A stretch of DNA of 64,000 nt from positions 7,079 to 71,078 of the forward strand of contig PTKS01000001.1 in the NCBI GenBank assembly GCA_002937855.1, written 5' to 3'. The translations under genes and the position numbers were made by a program. The notes under the pieces are model-generated. The model worked only from the letters and a program-made list of their open reading frames with translations, made no database searches and had not been told where the DNA came from. This document shows positions 48,670 to 57,218 of the stretch, in pieces; positions within the stretch are counted from its first letter, which is position 1, and each line of letters starts with the position of its first letter. Source of the DNA: Alphaproteobacteria bacterium MarineAlpha5_Bin12 (lineage in GTDB: Bacteria > Pseudomonadota > Alphaproteobacteria > HIMB59 > GCA-002718135).

Positions 48670-49662
48670 ATGACTGAATTTGAAGATGAAAAGTTAATGT
48701 TGGATACTATGTATTGGTGGGGAATACCAACATTATTTAGATGCAAACATTCAGATGATCTAAGTAGCTGCGATATTGCTCTTGTAGGTGTTCCGCATAG
48801 TACAGGAAACGGAACTACAGAAAGAGATCAGCATCTTGGACCTAGGTTTGTAAGACATGTTTCTGCAGGACTGAGAAGAGTCCATTTAGATTTTGGATTA
48901 GATCCTTGGTCTAGTAATAAGATTATAGATTTAGGAGATGTTCCATTACCTGAAGCTAACAACAACGAAAAATGTATAGAAAGAATTACAAATTTTTATC
49001 ATAATATTGCCCAACATAAAAAAAGAGTGGTATCAATTGGAGGGGATCACTCTATAACCGGAGGAATTCTTCAAGGCTTAAATTATAAAAAATCAAATTT
49101 AACAGGAGGACAAAAAGTAAATTTAATTCAATTTGATGCTCATACGGATACATATGAAAACTTAGATCATTTTTTGGGTGCAAAGAAATCAGCCGCTCAC
49201 TGGGCATCTTATTTAGTTAGAAATGGTTTTGTGGATGCGGGATCGAGCACCCAAATTGGTATAAGAGGTAATCCTAGGACTTTGGATTGGCTAAAACCAA
49301 GTTATGATCTGGGTTATCAAGTAATTACAATGGAAGAATATATAAAAATTGGCAATAAGAATGCTTTAAAAAAAATTGAGGAAAATCTTGATGACAAGCC
49401 AATTTATATTACATTTGATTTAGATTGTCTCGATCCAACAATTGCTCCAGCGGTTTCAAATTTAGAACCTGCATATAGAGGTTTTACAATTGATGAAGCT
49501 AGAAAACTTCTCCAGGGACTAAAAGGTAAAAATATTATAGGAGGAGATATAGTATGCTTAATGCCTACAAAAGATAATAAAAATAATATTACCTCTATGA
49601 CAGCAGCTTCTATAATGTTCGAATTAATTAGTTTGATAAGCTATTACTTAAATAAAAATTAA
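48670..49662 (+). CDS. Ureohydrolase (agmatinase/arginase family) of unknown substrate
   Basis: Metal-ligand motifs GGDHS, DAHTD and DLDCLDP intact; substrate-contact motifs atypical. Confidence 0.88.
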   Translation: MTEFEDEKLMLDTMYWWGIPTLFRCKHSDDLSSCDIALVGVPHSTGNGTTERDQHLGPRFVRHVSAGLRRVHLDFGLDPWSSNKIIDLGDVPLPEANNNEKCIERITNFYHNIAQHKKRVVSIGGDHSITGGILQGLNYKKSNLTGGQKVNLIQFDAHTDTYENLDHFLGAKKSAAHWASYLVRNGFVDAGSSTQIGIRGNPRTLDWLKPSYDLGYQVITMEEYIKIGNKNALKKIEENLDDKPIYITFDLDCLDPTIAPAVSNLEPAYRGFTIDEARKLLQGLKGKNIIGGDIVCLMPTKDNKNNITSMTAASIMFELISLISYYLNKN

Positions 49663-49663
49663 T

Positions 49664-50077
49664 TTAATAATTTAATAAAATATTTACGGGCTCTCCATGT
49701 ATGAGGTTTATGGCAGCTTTTTTAAATTTTGGTGGACCTTTGGGAGAATAATCATTGCTAAATGCATAGCCTTCTTTTGGTCGCCAAAAAAGACCAGTGT
49801 TCAATTTACCATCACTGTTTTCATCATGATAAACAACAATTGCAATTTCCCCTTCATGAATGTTGCTGAAGGGAATTATATTTTTTCCTCTTACAGCTTT
49901 TTTTCTAATTGAGTCCAAAGCCTTTTCTTCTTTTAAAAAATCTTCCTTATTTTTATAAATCTTAACATCAATGAATCCATCATCATGTTGCACCCCCTCA
50001 ACTACTACTGTGCCATGAGCTTGAAGTAAAGTTGGGCAAATATAAAATAAAATTAAAAAAATTATAATTTTTTTCAT
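49664..50077 (-). CDS. Exported DUF2141-family protein
   Basis: Signal peptide; AIVVYHDENSDGKLN..PKEGYAFSN..GPPKF. Confidence 0.85.
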   Translation of the reverse strand: MKKIIIFLILFYICPTLLQAHGTVVVEGVQHDDGFIDVKIYKNKEDFLKEEKALDSIRKKAVRGKNIIPFSNIHEGEIAIVVYHDENSDGKLNTGLFWRPKEGYAFSNDYSPKGPPKFKKAAINLIHGEPVNILLNY

Positions 50078-50087
50078 TATTATTTAA

Positions 50088-50113
50088 TAACTCCCTTTTT
50101 TAAAAGGGAGTTA
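50088..50113 (-). terminator. Intergenic stem-loop / intrinsic terminator
   Basis: TAACTCCCTTT...AAAGGGAGTTA inverted repeat between two minus-strand genes. Confidence 0.7.
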
Positions 50114-50121
50114 AAATTTTA

Positions 50122-50490
50122 TTATGATTTCCTACTATACATAAAAAACAATATCGCAAATAATCCAATTAGAATAATATTTATATATGCTGTGGGGCCT
50201 GAGACCTGCCCCGTAATTATATGGTATCCGATAATCAAAAACCACATTACTCCACCAATTGCAAACAGTTGACCCATTGAAGAAAGAGCCTCGCCAGCAA
50301 CTTGGGGCATTCTCCAAGATAATAAAGCAATAAACAAAACAGTAACCCCTGTAAATTGGCCTATAACAATCATTGCAGGTGAAACTGGAAGATTTGCCAT
50401 TTGAAAAAACATAGCTGTTGCAAACAAAAGACCTAAACCATTTATCGCATTAATTACTGCGTTAATTTTAAAAACTAAACCAAGATTCAT
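50122..50490 (-). CDS. Hypothetical four-TM membrane protein
   Basis: Four hydrophobic segments; AGGAG RBS before ATG 50490. Confidence 0.7.
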   Translation of the reverse strand: MNLGLVFKINAVINAINGLGLLFATAMFFQMANLPVSPAMIVIGQFTGVTVLFIALLSWRMPQVAGEALSSMGQLFAIGGVMWFLIIGYHIITGQVSGPTAYINIILIGLFAILFFMYSRKS

Positions 50491-50581
50491 AAAATCTCCT
50501 TTCAATAATAATATTTATATCATTAGATTCAGTATATAGTTAGATATATTTAAAAGTTAATAATATATATAGTTAAAAGAT

Positions 50582-50656
50582 GCTGTTGTAGCTTAGTGGT
50601 AAAGCACTTGCATGGTAAGCAAGAGATCGAGGTTTCGATTACCTCCAACAGCACCA
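50582..50656 (+). tRNA. tRNA-Thr(GGT)
   Basis: Acceptor GCTGTTG/CAACAGC plus ACCA, anticodon arm CTTGC-ATGGTAA-GCAAG, T arm GAGGT-TTCGATT-ACCTC. Confidence 0.93.
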
Positions 50657-50726
50657 TTATTTTATATATAAAAAAAGTAAAAATATATAATAATAAGAGG
50701 ATAAAAAATTTAAAGAAAGGAAATAA

Positions 50727-51011
50727 ATGTCTGTAACAAGAATAACCACATTAAAATTCAAATCAAAAGAAGGAGCAGATCAAGTTGAAGAGACTTATAA
50801 AGAAAATGCACCAAGTGAATTTTCTGAAGCAGAACAATTATTGGAAGTACGAGTTGATGACCTAACTTTAATGTTCGTTTCATTATATGCTGATAATGAC
50901 ACAATGGAAAGGGCTTCTGCTGCAAGGTCAAAACGAATGGATTTAAATAAAGAGATAATTGATTCAGTAGACGGAAAAACGGGTGAGGTAATTTTAAATC
51001 ATATAAAATAA
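50727..51011 (+). CDS. Small hypothetical protein (possibly dimeric alpha/beta-barrel fold)
   Basis: AAGGA RBS, 94-aa ORF with alternating strand/helix pattern; fold is a guess. Confidence 0.65.
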   Translation: MSVTRITTLKFKSKEGADQVEETYKENAPSEFSEAEQLLEVRVDDLTLMFVSLYADNDTMERASAARSKRMDLNKEIIDSVDGKTGEVILNHIK

Positions 51012-51029
51012 AATATTATCTTTTAAATA

Positions 51030-51353
51030 TTATTTAGGCATATTTGTAGCACCAGTTTCTGAACGAATAATTTTACCATCTTTTATAATATATACTGCCA
51101 AAACAGCTTGTCTCGAGCCATCTTGAAAAGAAACAAAGAAATGAGCTATGCCTATTTCATCATTTTCATAAATGATACGGTGATTTTCAGTGTTAGGACC
51201 TTCTTCACCCGTAATAAATTTATTTACCTGATCTCTAGGTATATGTTTACCAGTTGAATGTTGAACCCAAACATAATCTTCACTAAGTATTTCATTAATT
51301 TTTTCTATATCTTTTTTTTCTTGAGCATCATAAAGTTTTTGTAACAGTGACAT
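51030..51353 (-). CDS. NTF2/SnoaL-like protein
   Basis: ILSEDYVWV, IKDGKII C-terminal pattern; AGGAG RBS. Confidence 0.75.
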   Translation of the reverse strand: MSLLQKLYDAQEKKDIEKINEILSEDYVWVQHSTGKHIPRDQVNKFITGEEGPNTENHRIIYENDEIGIAHFFVSFQDGSRQAVLAVYIIKDGKIIRSETGATNMPK

Positions 51354-51379
51354 TCTATTCTCCTTAATATTTTATTGAT

Positions 51380-51688
51380 CTAGTTAAAAACAACTCTCAT
51401 TTCATCTTGAATAGTTCCCTCTACAAAGACACCTTCCATCTTTTTCATTGATTTTATCATCCTAGGATCAGCTGAAATCTTAGCATCTAATTCCATAGCT
51501 TCTCCTGTCATCATTTCTCCAATATGTGTCCATCGTATAGTTCTTGGATTGCCTCCAATTTGAAAAGAGACATGAACATCATACCCAGCATGTTCTTTTG
51601 TTATTGCAGCTTGTTCCTTAGCAATTTCCATTGCTTCTCCTAGTTTATTATCATGAACTCCTATAGTTCTTGTATAAATCATTTTCAT
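51380..51688 (-). CDS. Small hypothetical protein (possibly NIPSNAP-like alpha/beta barrel)
   Basis: AAGGA RBS, 102-aa ORF co-oriented with neighbours; fold is a guess. Confidence 0.65.
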   Translation of the reverse strand: MKMIYTRTIGVHDNKLGEAMEIAKEQAAITKEHAGYDVHVSFQIGGNPRTIRWTHIGEMMTGEAMELDAKISADPRMIKSMKKMEGVFVEGTIQDEMRVVFN

Positions 51689-51712
51689 TTTATTATCCTT
51701 TAAGTTATATTA

Positions 51713-52078
51713 TTATTCTTTTGCATAAGTTGCTGCAGTAGAACTATCGAATTCGTAACCTACAAATTCTTCATCTCCAACTACCCAAGCATCATGTCCA
51801 GGGGCAAAAGTATAAGCATCACCAGGTCCAATTTCAATTGAAGAACCATCCTCATGTGTAACCATTATTTTTCCTTGCACGCAGACACCCACATGGTTTT
51901 TTTCGCAGCTTTCGGTGCCTACCATAGGCTTAATGCATTCTGACCATTTCCAACCTGGTTGTGAAGTTAGTCTAGCTGCCTTAACTCCATTTCCTAAATC
52001 AACATTATCCACTCTCATTTTATCTGGAGTCATAGTTTCATCAGGTTGATCAAAATTTTTTTTGTTTAATGAAGGCAT
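51713..52078 (-). CDS. Cupin-domain protein
   Basis: QPGWKWSECIKP..SCEKNHVG..GPGDAY..PGHDAWVVG. Confidence 0.88.
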   Translation of the reverse strand: MPSLNKKNFDQPDETMTPDKMRVDNVDLGNGVKAARLTSQPGWKWSECIKPMVGTESCEKNHVGVCVQGKIMVTHEDGSSIEIGPGDAYTFAPGHDAWVVGDEEFVGYEFDSSTAATYAKE

Positions 52079-52112
52079 TATATTTCCTCTCTAATAAATT
52101 TATGTTTAAATT

Positions 52113-52319
52113 TTAATCTTTGTTACCTTTCTTGTAAATAAAATCTAGGAAAAGCTTCTTTAATCTTCCTTTTTTTATCTCAGATTCTAACTTTTCTTTA
52201 TTGATATGTTGCCTTAAATAGTTGATTTTTTCCTCAACCGACCATGTTGGCTCCTCTTTTGGATAAGGATGATAGGAACCAATGAATTTATCATTGTCTT
52301 TGTCTTTTTTAATTTTCAT
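52113..52319 (-). CDS. Hypothetical protein
   Basis: Short ORF co-oriented with the cupin cluster; no recognised motif. Confidence 0.4.
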   Translation of the reverse strand: MKIKKDKDNDKFIGSYHPYPKEEPTWSVEEKINYLRQHINKEKLESEIKKGRLKKLFLDFIYKKGNKD

Positions 52320-52337
52320 TTTAACGCGCACTATAAG

Positions 52338-52388
52338 ATTAACGGCCTGTGATATTAAATAATAAGGGGCTAACTACAGACCGTTAAT
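52338..52388 (-). ncRNA. Candidate hairpin sRNA or leader with anti-SD-like loop
   Basis: Minus strand ATTAACGGTCTGT...ACAGGCCGTTAAT forms a 13-bp stem with one G-U pair; loop contains TAGCCCCTTA. Confidence 0.35.
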
Positions 52389-52538
52389 TCATTATGAAAT
52401 TTATTTTATCAATAAACCCAAAATATATATATAAATATATGCATATAATTCAAGGCATTATTTGTTAAAATTATATTAAAATTTTAACAGTGTTTATAAA
52501 TTGATTGAAATCAGTTTTTTTTACACTAGCTTATTATA

Positions 52539-53279
52539 ATGAGCACTTTTTTAGGACCAAGCGATTTAGTTGGAATATCTTTTTGGCTAGTTTCTATTGC
52601 AATGGTAGCTTCAACTGTCTTCTTCTTTTACGAGGGTATGTTTGTAAAAGCTTCTTGGAGGACTTCAATGGTAGTAGCTGGTTTAATAACGCTAATAGCT
52701 GCAATACATTACTACTATATGAGAGATTTCTGGGTAAATACAGAAACTTCTCCGACAGTTTATAGATACATTGACTGGTTGCTGACTGTACCTCTTCAAA
52801 TGATTGAATTTTATTTAATTTTATTAGCTGTAGGTGCTAAAATTTCTGTTTATGCCTTTTGGAGACTGCTATTAGGAACATTAATTATGCTACTTGGTGG
52901 TTATAGTGGCGAGATAGGGTGGTTGAGTCCAGGTTTAGGATTTACAATTGGTATGTTTGGTTGGGCGATAATCATATGGGAAATTTTCCAAGGTGAGTCA
53001 AGCAAGGCAGCAAATAAAAATCCTTTCGTCAAGCAAGCATTTAATGCACTCAGATTTATCGTTTTAATTGGATGGGCTATATATCCCGTTGGCTATATCT
53101 TCGGCTTTCTTACTCCAGCGGTCGGTATGGGAGATGTCTCAGGAGATTTATTCCAAAATTCATTAAACATAATCTATAATTTAGCAGATTTTGTTAACAA
53201 AATACTATTTGGCTTAATTATTTGGAATGCAGCAGTGAGAGATACACTAGGCACTTCAAAAAAGCTAAAAAAATCATAA
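52539..53279 (+). CDS. Proteorhodopsin, DTE proton pump, blue-tuned
   Basis: Seven TM segments; AAIHY His, RYIDWLLTVPLQMIEF (D-T-E, Gln at the tuning site), retinal Lys in DFVNKILFG. Confidence 0.95.
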   Translation: MSTFLGPSDLVGISFWLVSIAMVASTVFFFYEGMFVKASWRTSMVVAGLITLIAAIHYYYMRDFWVNTETSPTVYRYIDWLLTVPLQMIEFYLILLAVGAKISVYAFWRLLLGTLIMLLGGYSGEIGWLSPGLGFTIGMFGWAIIIWEIFQGESSKAANKNPFVKQAFNALRFIVLIGWAIYPVGYIFGFLTPAVGMGDVSGDLFQNSLNIIYNLADFVNKILFGLIIWNAAVRDTLGTSKKLKKS

Positions 53280-53352
53280 AAATAAGAAAAAAAACTTTTA
53301 TCAATTTAATTTAAATTTTTTTTGTATAGATTTAGTATTAGTTTAAATAAAT

Positions 53353-53967
53353 ATGAGCTTTTATACAATTATACAACTATGTCTTGTTTGTTTGATGGGT
53401 GCTATGTCGCCTGGTCCAAGTGTAGCACTAATTATTAATAATACGATAACTAAAAATAGATTAAATGGAATAGTAACTTCTATTGGTCACGGACTTGGCG
53501 TAACAATTTATGCATTATTTGCAGTATTAGGATTGGAAATATTAATTACTAATTATTATAAAATTTTTATTATGTTTCAATTAATAGGAAGTTTTGTTTT
53601 GATTTATATTGGCATTCAAACAATTATAAATGCAAATAAGTCAGTCGATATTTTCAACAATGATAAAATTAGGTCAACCAATTCTTTTTTGCAGGGTTTC
53701 TTTATTGCTTTTTTTAATCCTAAAATATTAGTATTTTTTGCTGCTTTATTTTCACAATTTATTTATATAAATGCTAAAGTTTTTGATCAAACAATACTTA
53801 TCTTGGTACCAGGCATAATTGATACATTATGGTATATATTAGTATCAATCATCGTATCTTTGTATACTGTAAACAATTTTATTTATAAATACAAAAAAAA
53901 TGTTGAAAGGATTACTGGAGCAGTATTGATAATTGTTGCGTTAACTCTTTTGATTAATTTGATTTAG
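53353..53967 (+). CDS. LysE/RhtB family exporter
   Basis: AMSPGPS, GHGLG, FFNPKILVFF. Confidence 0.92.
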   Translation: MSFYTIIQLCLVCLMGAMSPGPSVALIINNTITKNRLNGIVTSIGHGLGVTIYALFAVLGLEILITNYYKIFIMFQLIGSFVLIYIGIQTIINANKSVDIFNNDKIRSTNSFLQGFFIAFFNPKILVFFAALFSQFIYINAKVFDQTILILVPGIIDTLWYILVSIIVSLYTVNNFIYKYKKNVERITGAVLIIVALTLLINLI

Positions 53968-55045
53968 ATTTTATTAAATCGTAAACCCTTAAAAGATTTA
54001 AACCCATAACTTTTTCAATATCTTTTTCATTGTAGCCCCTTTTTTTTAATTCATCTCCAATTTTCATATGATCTAAACAATCTATAATACCTCTTGGAAG
54101 GCAATCTGTACCATCATAATCACTCCCAATGCCCACGTAATCTATTCCAATCAAATTTATTATATATTCGATATGATCAACAAATTTTTCTAAACTAGGA
54201 ACAATAGAATATAAACTTTTTTGCAAAAAATACTGTCTATACACCCACCTTAGATCAGGATTTTGATATTTTAAATCAATATTATTTAAATCATTTTTTA
54301 AACTTTCTTTAAATTTCTTATCTTTTTCTTGAAAATCAGTATCAATAAATGCGGGATAAAGATTTAAGCAAATTATCCCTTTTTTTTCTTTTATTGCTAT
54401 AATTTGATCATCTTTTAAATTTCTAAAATGAGGGCATAAGGTATAAGCATTTGAATGAGAAGCTATTATGGGATTTTTAGCAATTTTCATAATATCCCAA
54501 AAACTTTTTTCACCTATATGCGAAACATCAATCAAGACCCCTCGCTCCTCACATAATTTTAATGATTCTAAACCAAACTTTGTCAAACCAATTGATTTTA
54601 TATTTTTTAAATTAAATTTTTCATCATATGCTGAAGTTGCTAAATCAGTTGAATAATTCCAAGTAGGACCTAAATAAAATAATCCTCTATTAATAAAATG
54701 CTCAAGTTTATCAATACTTCCTTCGAAACACTCCCCACCTTCAATACCTATTGCGGCATATAAAGTTTTATCTTTCTTGAAGTTAATATCCCCTAAGGAG
54801 TTGATCTTGATAAGTAAATCTGTTTTTTTATCAATTTCTTCCAATTTATCTATTAATTCATTTGCCCTAGAAAATGCCGCATGTTGGAGATAGTGTTTAG
54901 GCATCCAAATTGCAAAAACCTCTAAATTAATTTTACCCTCTATCAATCTTTCAATATCTGTGTGACCGTTATTACTTTTTGTTATTATATCTTCTCCTAC
55001 AATAGCCCTTTGTAAAACATCATTATGGAGATCAGCCACAAACAT
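53954..55045 (-). CDS. Membrane dipeptidase (peptidase M19)
   Basis: DLHND, GIEG, DVSH, ASHSN, RNLKD, GIGSDYDG. Confidence 0.92.
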   Translation of the reverse strand: MFVADLHNDVLQRAIVGEDIITKSNNGHTDIERLIEGKINLEVFAIWMPKHYLQHAAFSRANELIDKLEEIDKKTDLLIKINSLGDINFKKDKTLYAAIGIEGGECFEGSIDKLEHFINRGLFYLGPTWNYSTDLATSAYDEKFNLKNIKSIGLTKFGLESLKLCEERGVLIDVSHIGEKSFWDIMKIAKNPIIASHSNAYTLCPHFRNLKDDQIIAIKEKKGIICLNLYPAFIDTDFQEKDKKFKESLKNDLNNIDLKYQNPDLRWVYRQYFLQKSLYSIVPSLEKFVDHIEYIINLIGIDYVGIGSDYDGTDCLPRGIIDCLDHMKIGDELKKRGYNEKDIEKVMGLNLLRVYDLIKSKSN

Positions 55046-55055
55046 TTTTTAATTA

Positions 55056-55601
55056 TTATATATCTTTTGCAAGTTGCATTTTAATAATTTTATCTGGATT
55101 TGAAACCATGCCGTTTGGTCCATCACCTTTTTTGATTTGATCAATGTATTCCATTCCTTCTATAACTTTTCCCCAAACTGTATATTGGCCATCAAGGTGA
55201 GGGGCATCTGTAAAACAGATAAAGAACTGACTGTTAGCGGAATCTGGATTTTGTGCTCTTGCCATTGAAACAGTACCTCTTACATGTTTTTCATTTGTAA
55301 ATTCAGCTTTTAAATCTGGTTTATCTGAGCCTCCAGTTCCATCACCTTTAGGATCTCCAGTTTGAGCCATAAATCCATCAATAACTCGATGAAATACAAT
55401 GTTATCGTAAAATCCCTCACTTACTAATTCTTTAATATGTTTTACATGATTTGGAGCTAAATCAGGTCGAGCTTCAATTGTTATCCTTCCATATTTAACT
55501 TCAAGGTATATTAAGTTTTCTTTTTCATCAGCCATTAATCCTCCTATTGGATACAAAATAATTAATAGGAGGCTGAATCTTATTATTAATCTTTTCAACA
55601 C
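55056..55601 (-). CDS. Cyclophilin-type peptidyl-prolyl isomerase (start at GTG 55601/TTG 55598 with signal-like segment, or at ATG 55535)
   Basis: APNHV, FHRVIDGFMAQTGDP, SMARAQNPDSANSQFFI, HLDGQYTVWG. Confidence 0.92.
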   Translation of the reverse strand: MLKRLIIRFSLLLIILYPIGGLMADEKENLIYLEVKYGRITIEARPDLAPNHVKHIKELVSEGFYDNIVFHRVIDGFMAQTGDPKGDGTGGSDKPDLKAEFTNEKHVRGTVSMARAQNPDSANSQFFICFTDAPHLDGQYTVWGKVIEGMEYIDQIKKGDGPNGMVSNPDKIIKMQLAKDI

Positions 55602-55656
55602 AGCATTCCTAAAGTATAAATTATACATATTACTAAAATGTATTATACAAAATAGA

Positions 55657-56121
55657 ATGCATACAATCGAGAAAAAAATTAAAGAAATGGGATTAGATAT
55701 ACCAAATATCCCTGATCCAATAGCCAACTATGTTCCATATAAAGTTTATAACAAAATTATAACAATATCCGGTCAGGCACCAATTAAAAATGGTAAAATT
55801 ATATATAAGGGAAAAGTTGGAAAAGATATAACTATAGAAGAAGGAATACAAGCTTCAAAATTATGTGCTGAAAATATTTTAGCTATAATAAAAAAAGCAT
55901 GCAATAATGATTGGAATAATTTTGGAGAATTAATAAAATTGGGAGGTTTTGTTAATTGTGCTAAAGACTTTTCAGATCATCCCAAAATTATAAATGGTGC
56001 CTCTGATATGTTAGTGGAAGTACTTGGATCATCAGGCAAACACACTAGATTTGCTGTTGGGGCAAATTCATTACCTTTAGATATATCTGTTGAAATCGAG
56101 GCATTAGCTTCATTAAGATAA
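55657..56121 (+). CDS. RidA/YjgF family protein
   Basis: PIANYVP, ISGQ, NGASD, GKHTRFAVG..LP. Confidence 0.9.
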   Translation: MHTIEKKIKEMGLDIPNIPDPIANYVPYKVYNKIITISGQAPIKNGKIIYKGKVGKDITIEEGIQASKLCAENILAIIKKACNNDWNNFGELIKLGGFVNCAKDFSDHPKIINGASDMLVEVLGSSGKHTRFAVGANSLPLDISVEIEALASLR

Positions 56122-56123
56122 TT

Positions 56124-57218
56124 ATGATTCAAAGAAAAGTATTTAATAGTATTTTTTTTTTATTATTGGCTATTTTTTTATTTTTTAATAAGGATGTATT
56201 AGCAAAAAGAGCAGCAATAATAGTAAACTACGAAACAAATGAAGTGTTATTTGAAGTTAATGCAGACACATTAAATTATCCTGCTTCATTAGCAAAAATT
56301 ATGACTTTATATTTAACCTTTGAGGCTCTAGAAAAAGGAGATTTAAAATGGGATCAAAAATTAAAGGTTTCAAAAGTTGCTGCATCAAGATCACCTAGTA
56401 AATTGTATTTAGAAGTCGGCGAAACAATAACGGTTGAAGACGCTGTTATGGCATTAGTAGTTAAATCAGCAAATGATGTGGCAACAGTAATAGCAGAATC
56501 TTTAGCTGATAGTGAAAGAGATTTTGCAAAAAAAATGACAAAAAAAGCAAGAGAAATAGGAATGAAAAATACAACATACAAAAATGCATCAGGCTTGCCT
56601 AATAGAGCTCAATTGACAACTGCACGAGATACATCAATTTTATCAAGAGCACTAATTAAAAATTATCCTAGTTATTATGAATTATTTAAAGAGAAAAAAT
56701 TTTCTTGGAAAGACAAAAAATATAAGAGCCATAACAAACTTATGTCAAGCTATGATGGCGCAGATGGAATCAAAACTGGTTATATTTATGCTTCAGGTTT
56801 TCAATTAGCATTTTCAGCAGTTAGAAATAATACAAGACTCATAGGTATTTATTTTGGAGGAGATACTGCAAAACATAGAGATGAAACATTAAAATTTCTT
56901 ATGAATAAAGAATTTGCAGAATTAAGTGAAAAAAAAATTCAAACAAACAAACAAGTTAGTAAAGAAAATTTAGAGAAAAATAATCAGTATAAGATTATTG
57001 TAGGAACATTTAAATATGAGAAAAATGCAAAAAAACAAATTAAAATAGTTAGAAGTTTTTTCCCCGAAGTACTAAAAAATAAAGATAGTAGAATTTTTTC
57101 AAGAAAAGGTCAAAATAGAACTTGGTATGAAACACAATTTATTTTTTTTGACAAACAGGAGGCTAGTACATTATGCAGTTTAATGAAAAAAAATAATATA
57201 GATTGCTTTGTTAAATAG
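56124..57218 (+). CDS. D-alanyl-D-alanine carboxypeptidase (S11) with a SPOR-like C-terminus
   Basis: PASLAK (SxxK), SAN, KTG. Confidence 0.92.
   Translation: MIQRKVFNSIFFLLLAIFLFFNKDVLAKRAAIIVNYETNEVLFEVNADTLNYPASLAKIMTLYLTFEALEKGDLKWDQKLKVSKVAASRSPSKLYLEVGETITVEDAVMALVVKSANDVATVIAESLADSERDFAKKMTKKAREIGMKNTTYKNASGLPNRAQLTTARDTSILSRALIKNYPSYYELFKEKKFSWKDKKYKSHNKLMSSYDGADGIKTGYIYASGFQLAFSAVRNNTRLIGIYFGGDTAKHRDETLKFLMNKEFAELSEKKIQTNKQVSKENLEKNNQYKIIVGTFKYEKNAKKQIKIVRSFFPEVLKNKDSRIFSRKGQNRTWYETQFIFFDKQEASTLCSLMKKNNIDCFVK

Noticed and set aside
38216-55727. Long N-terminal extensions in the ORF track (starts at 38290, 40291, 40376, 43908, 55727)
   Set aside because: They overlap neighbouring genes or precede a better-placed start at the family N-terminus, so starts were reassigned.
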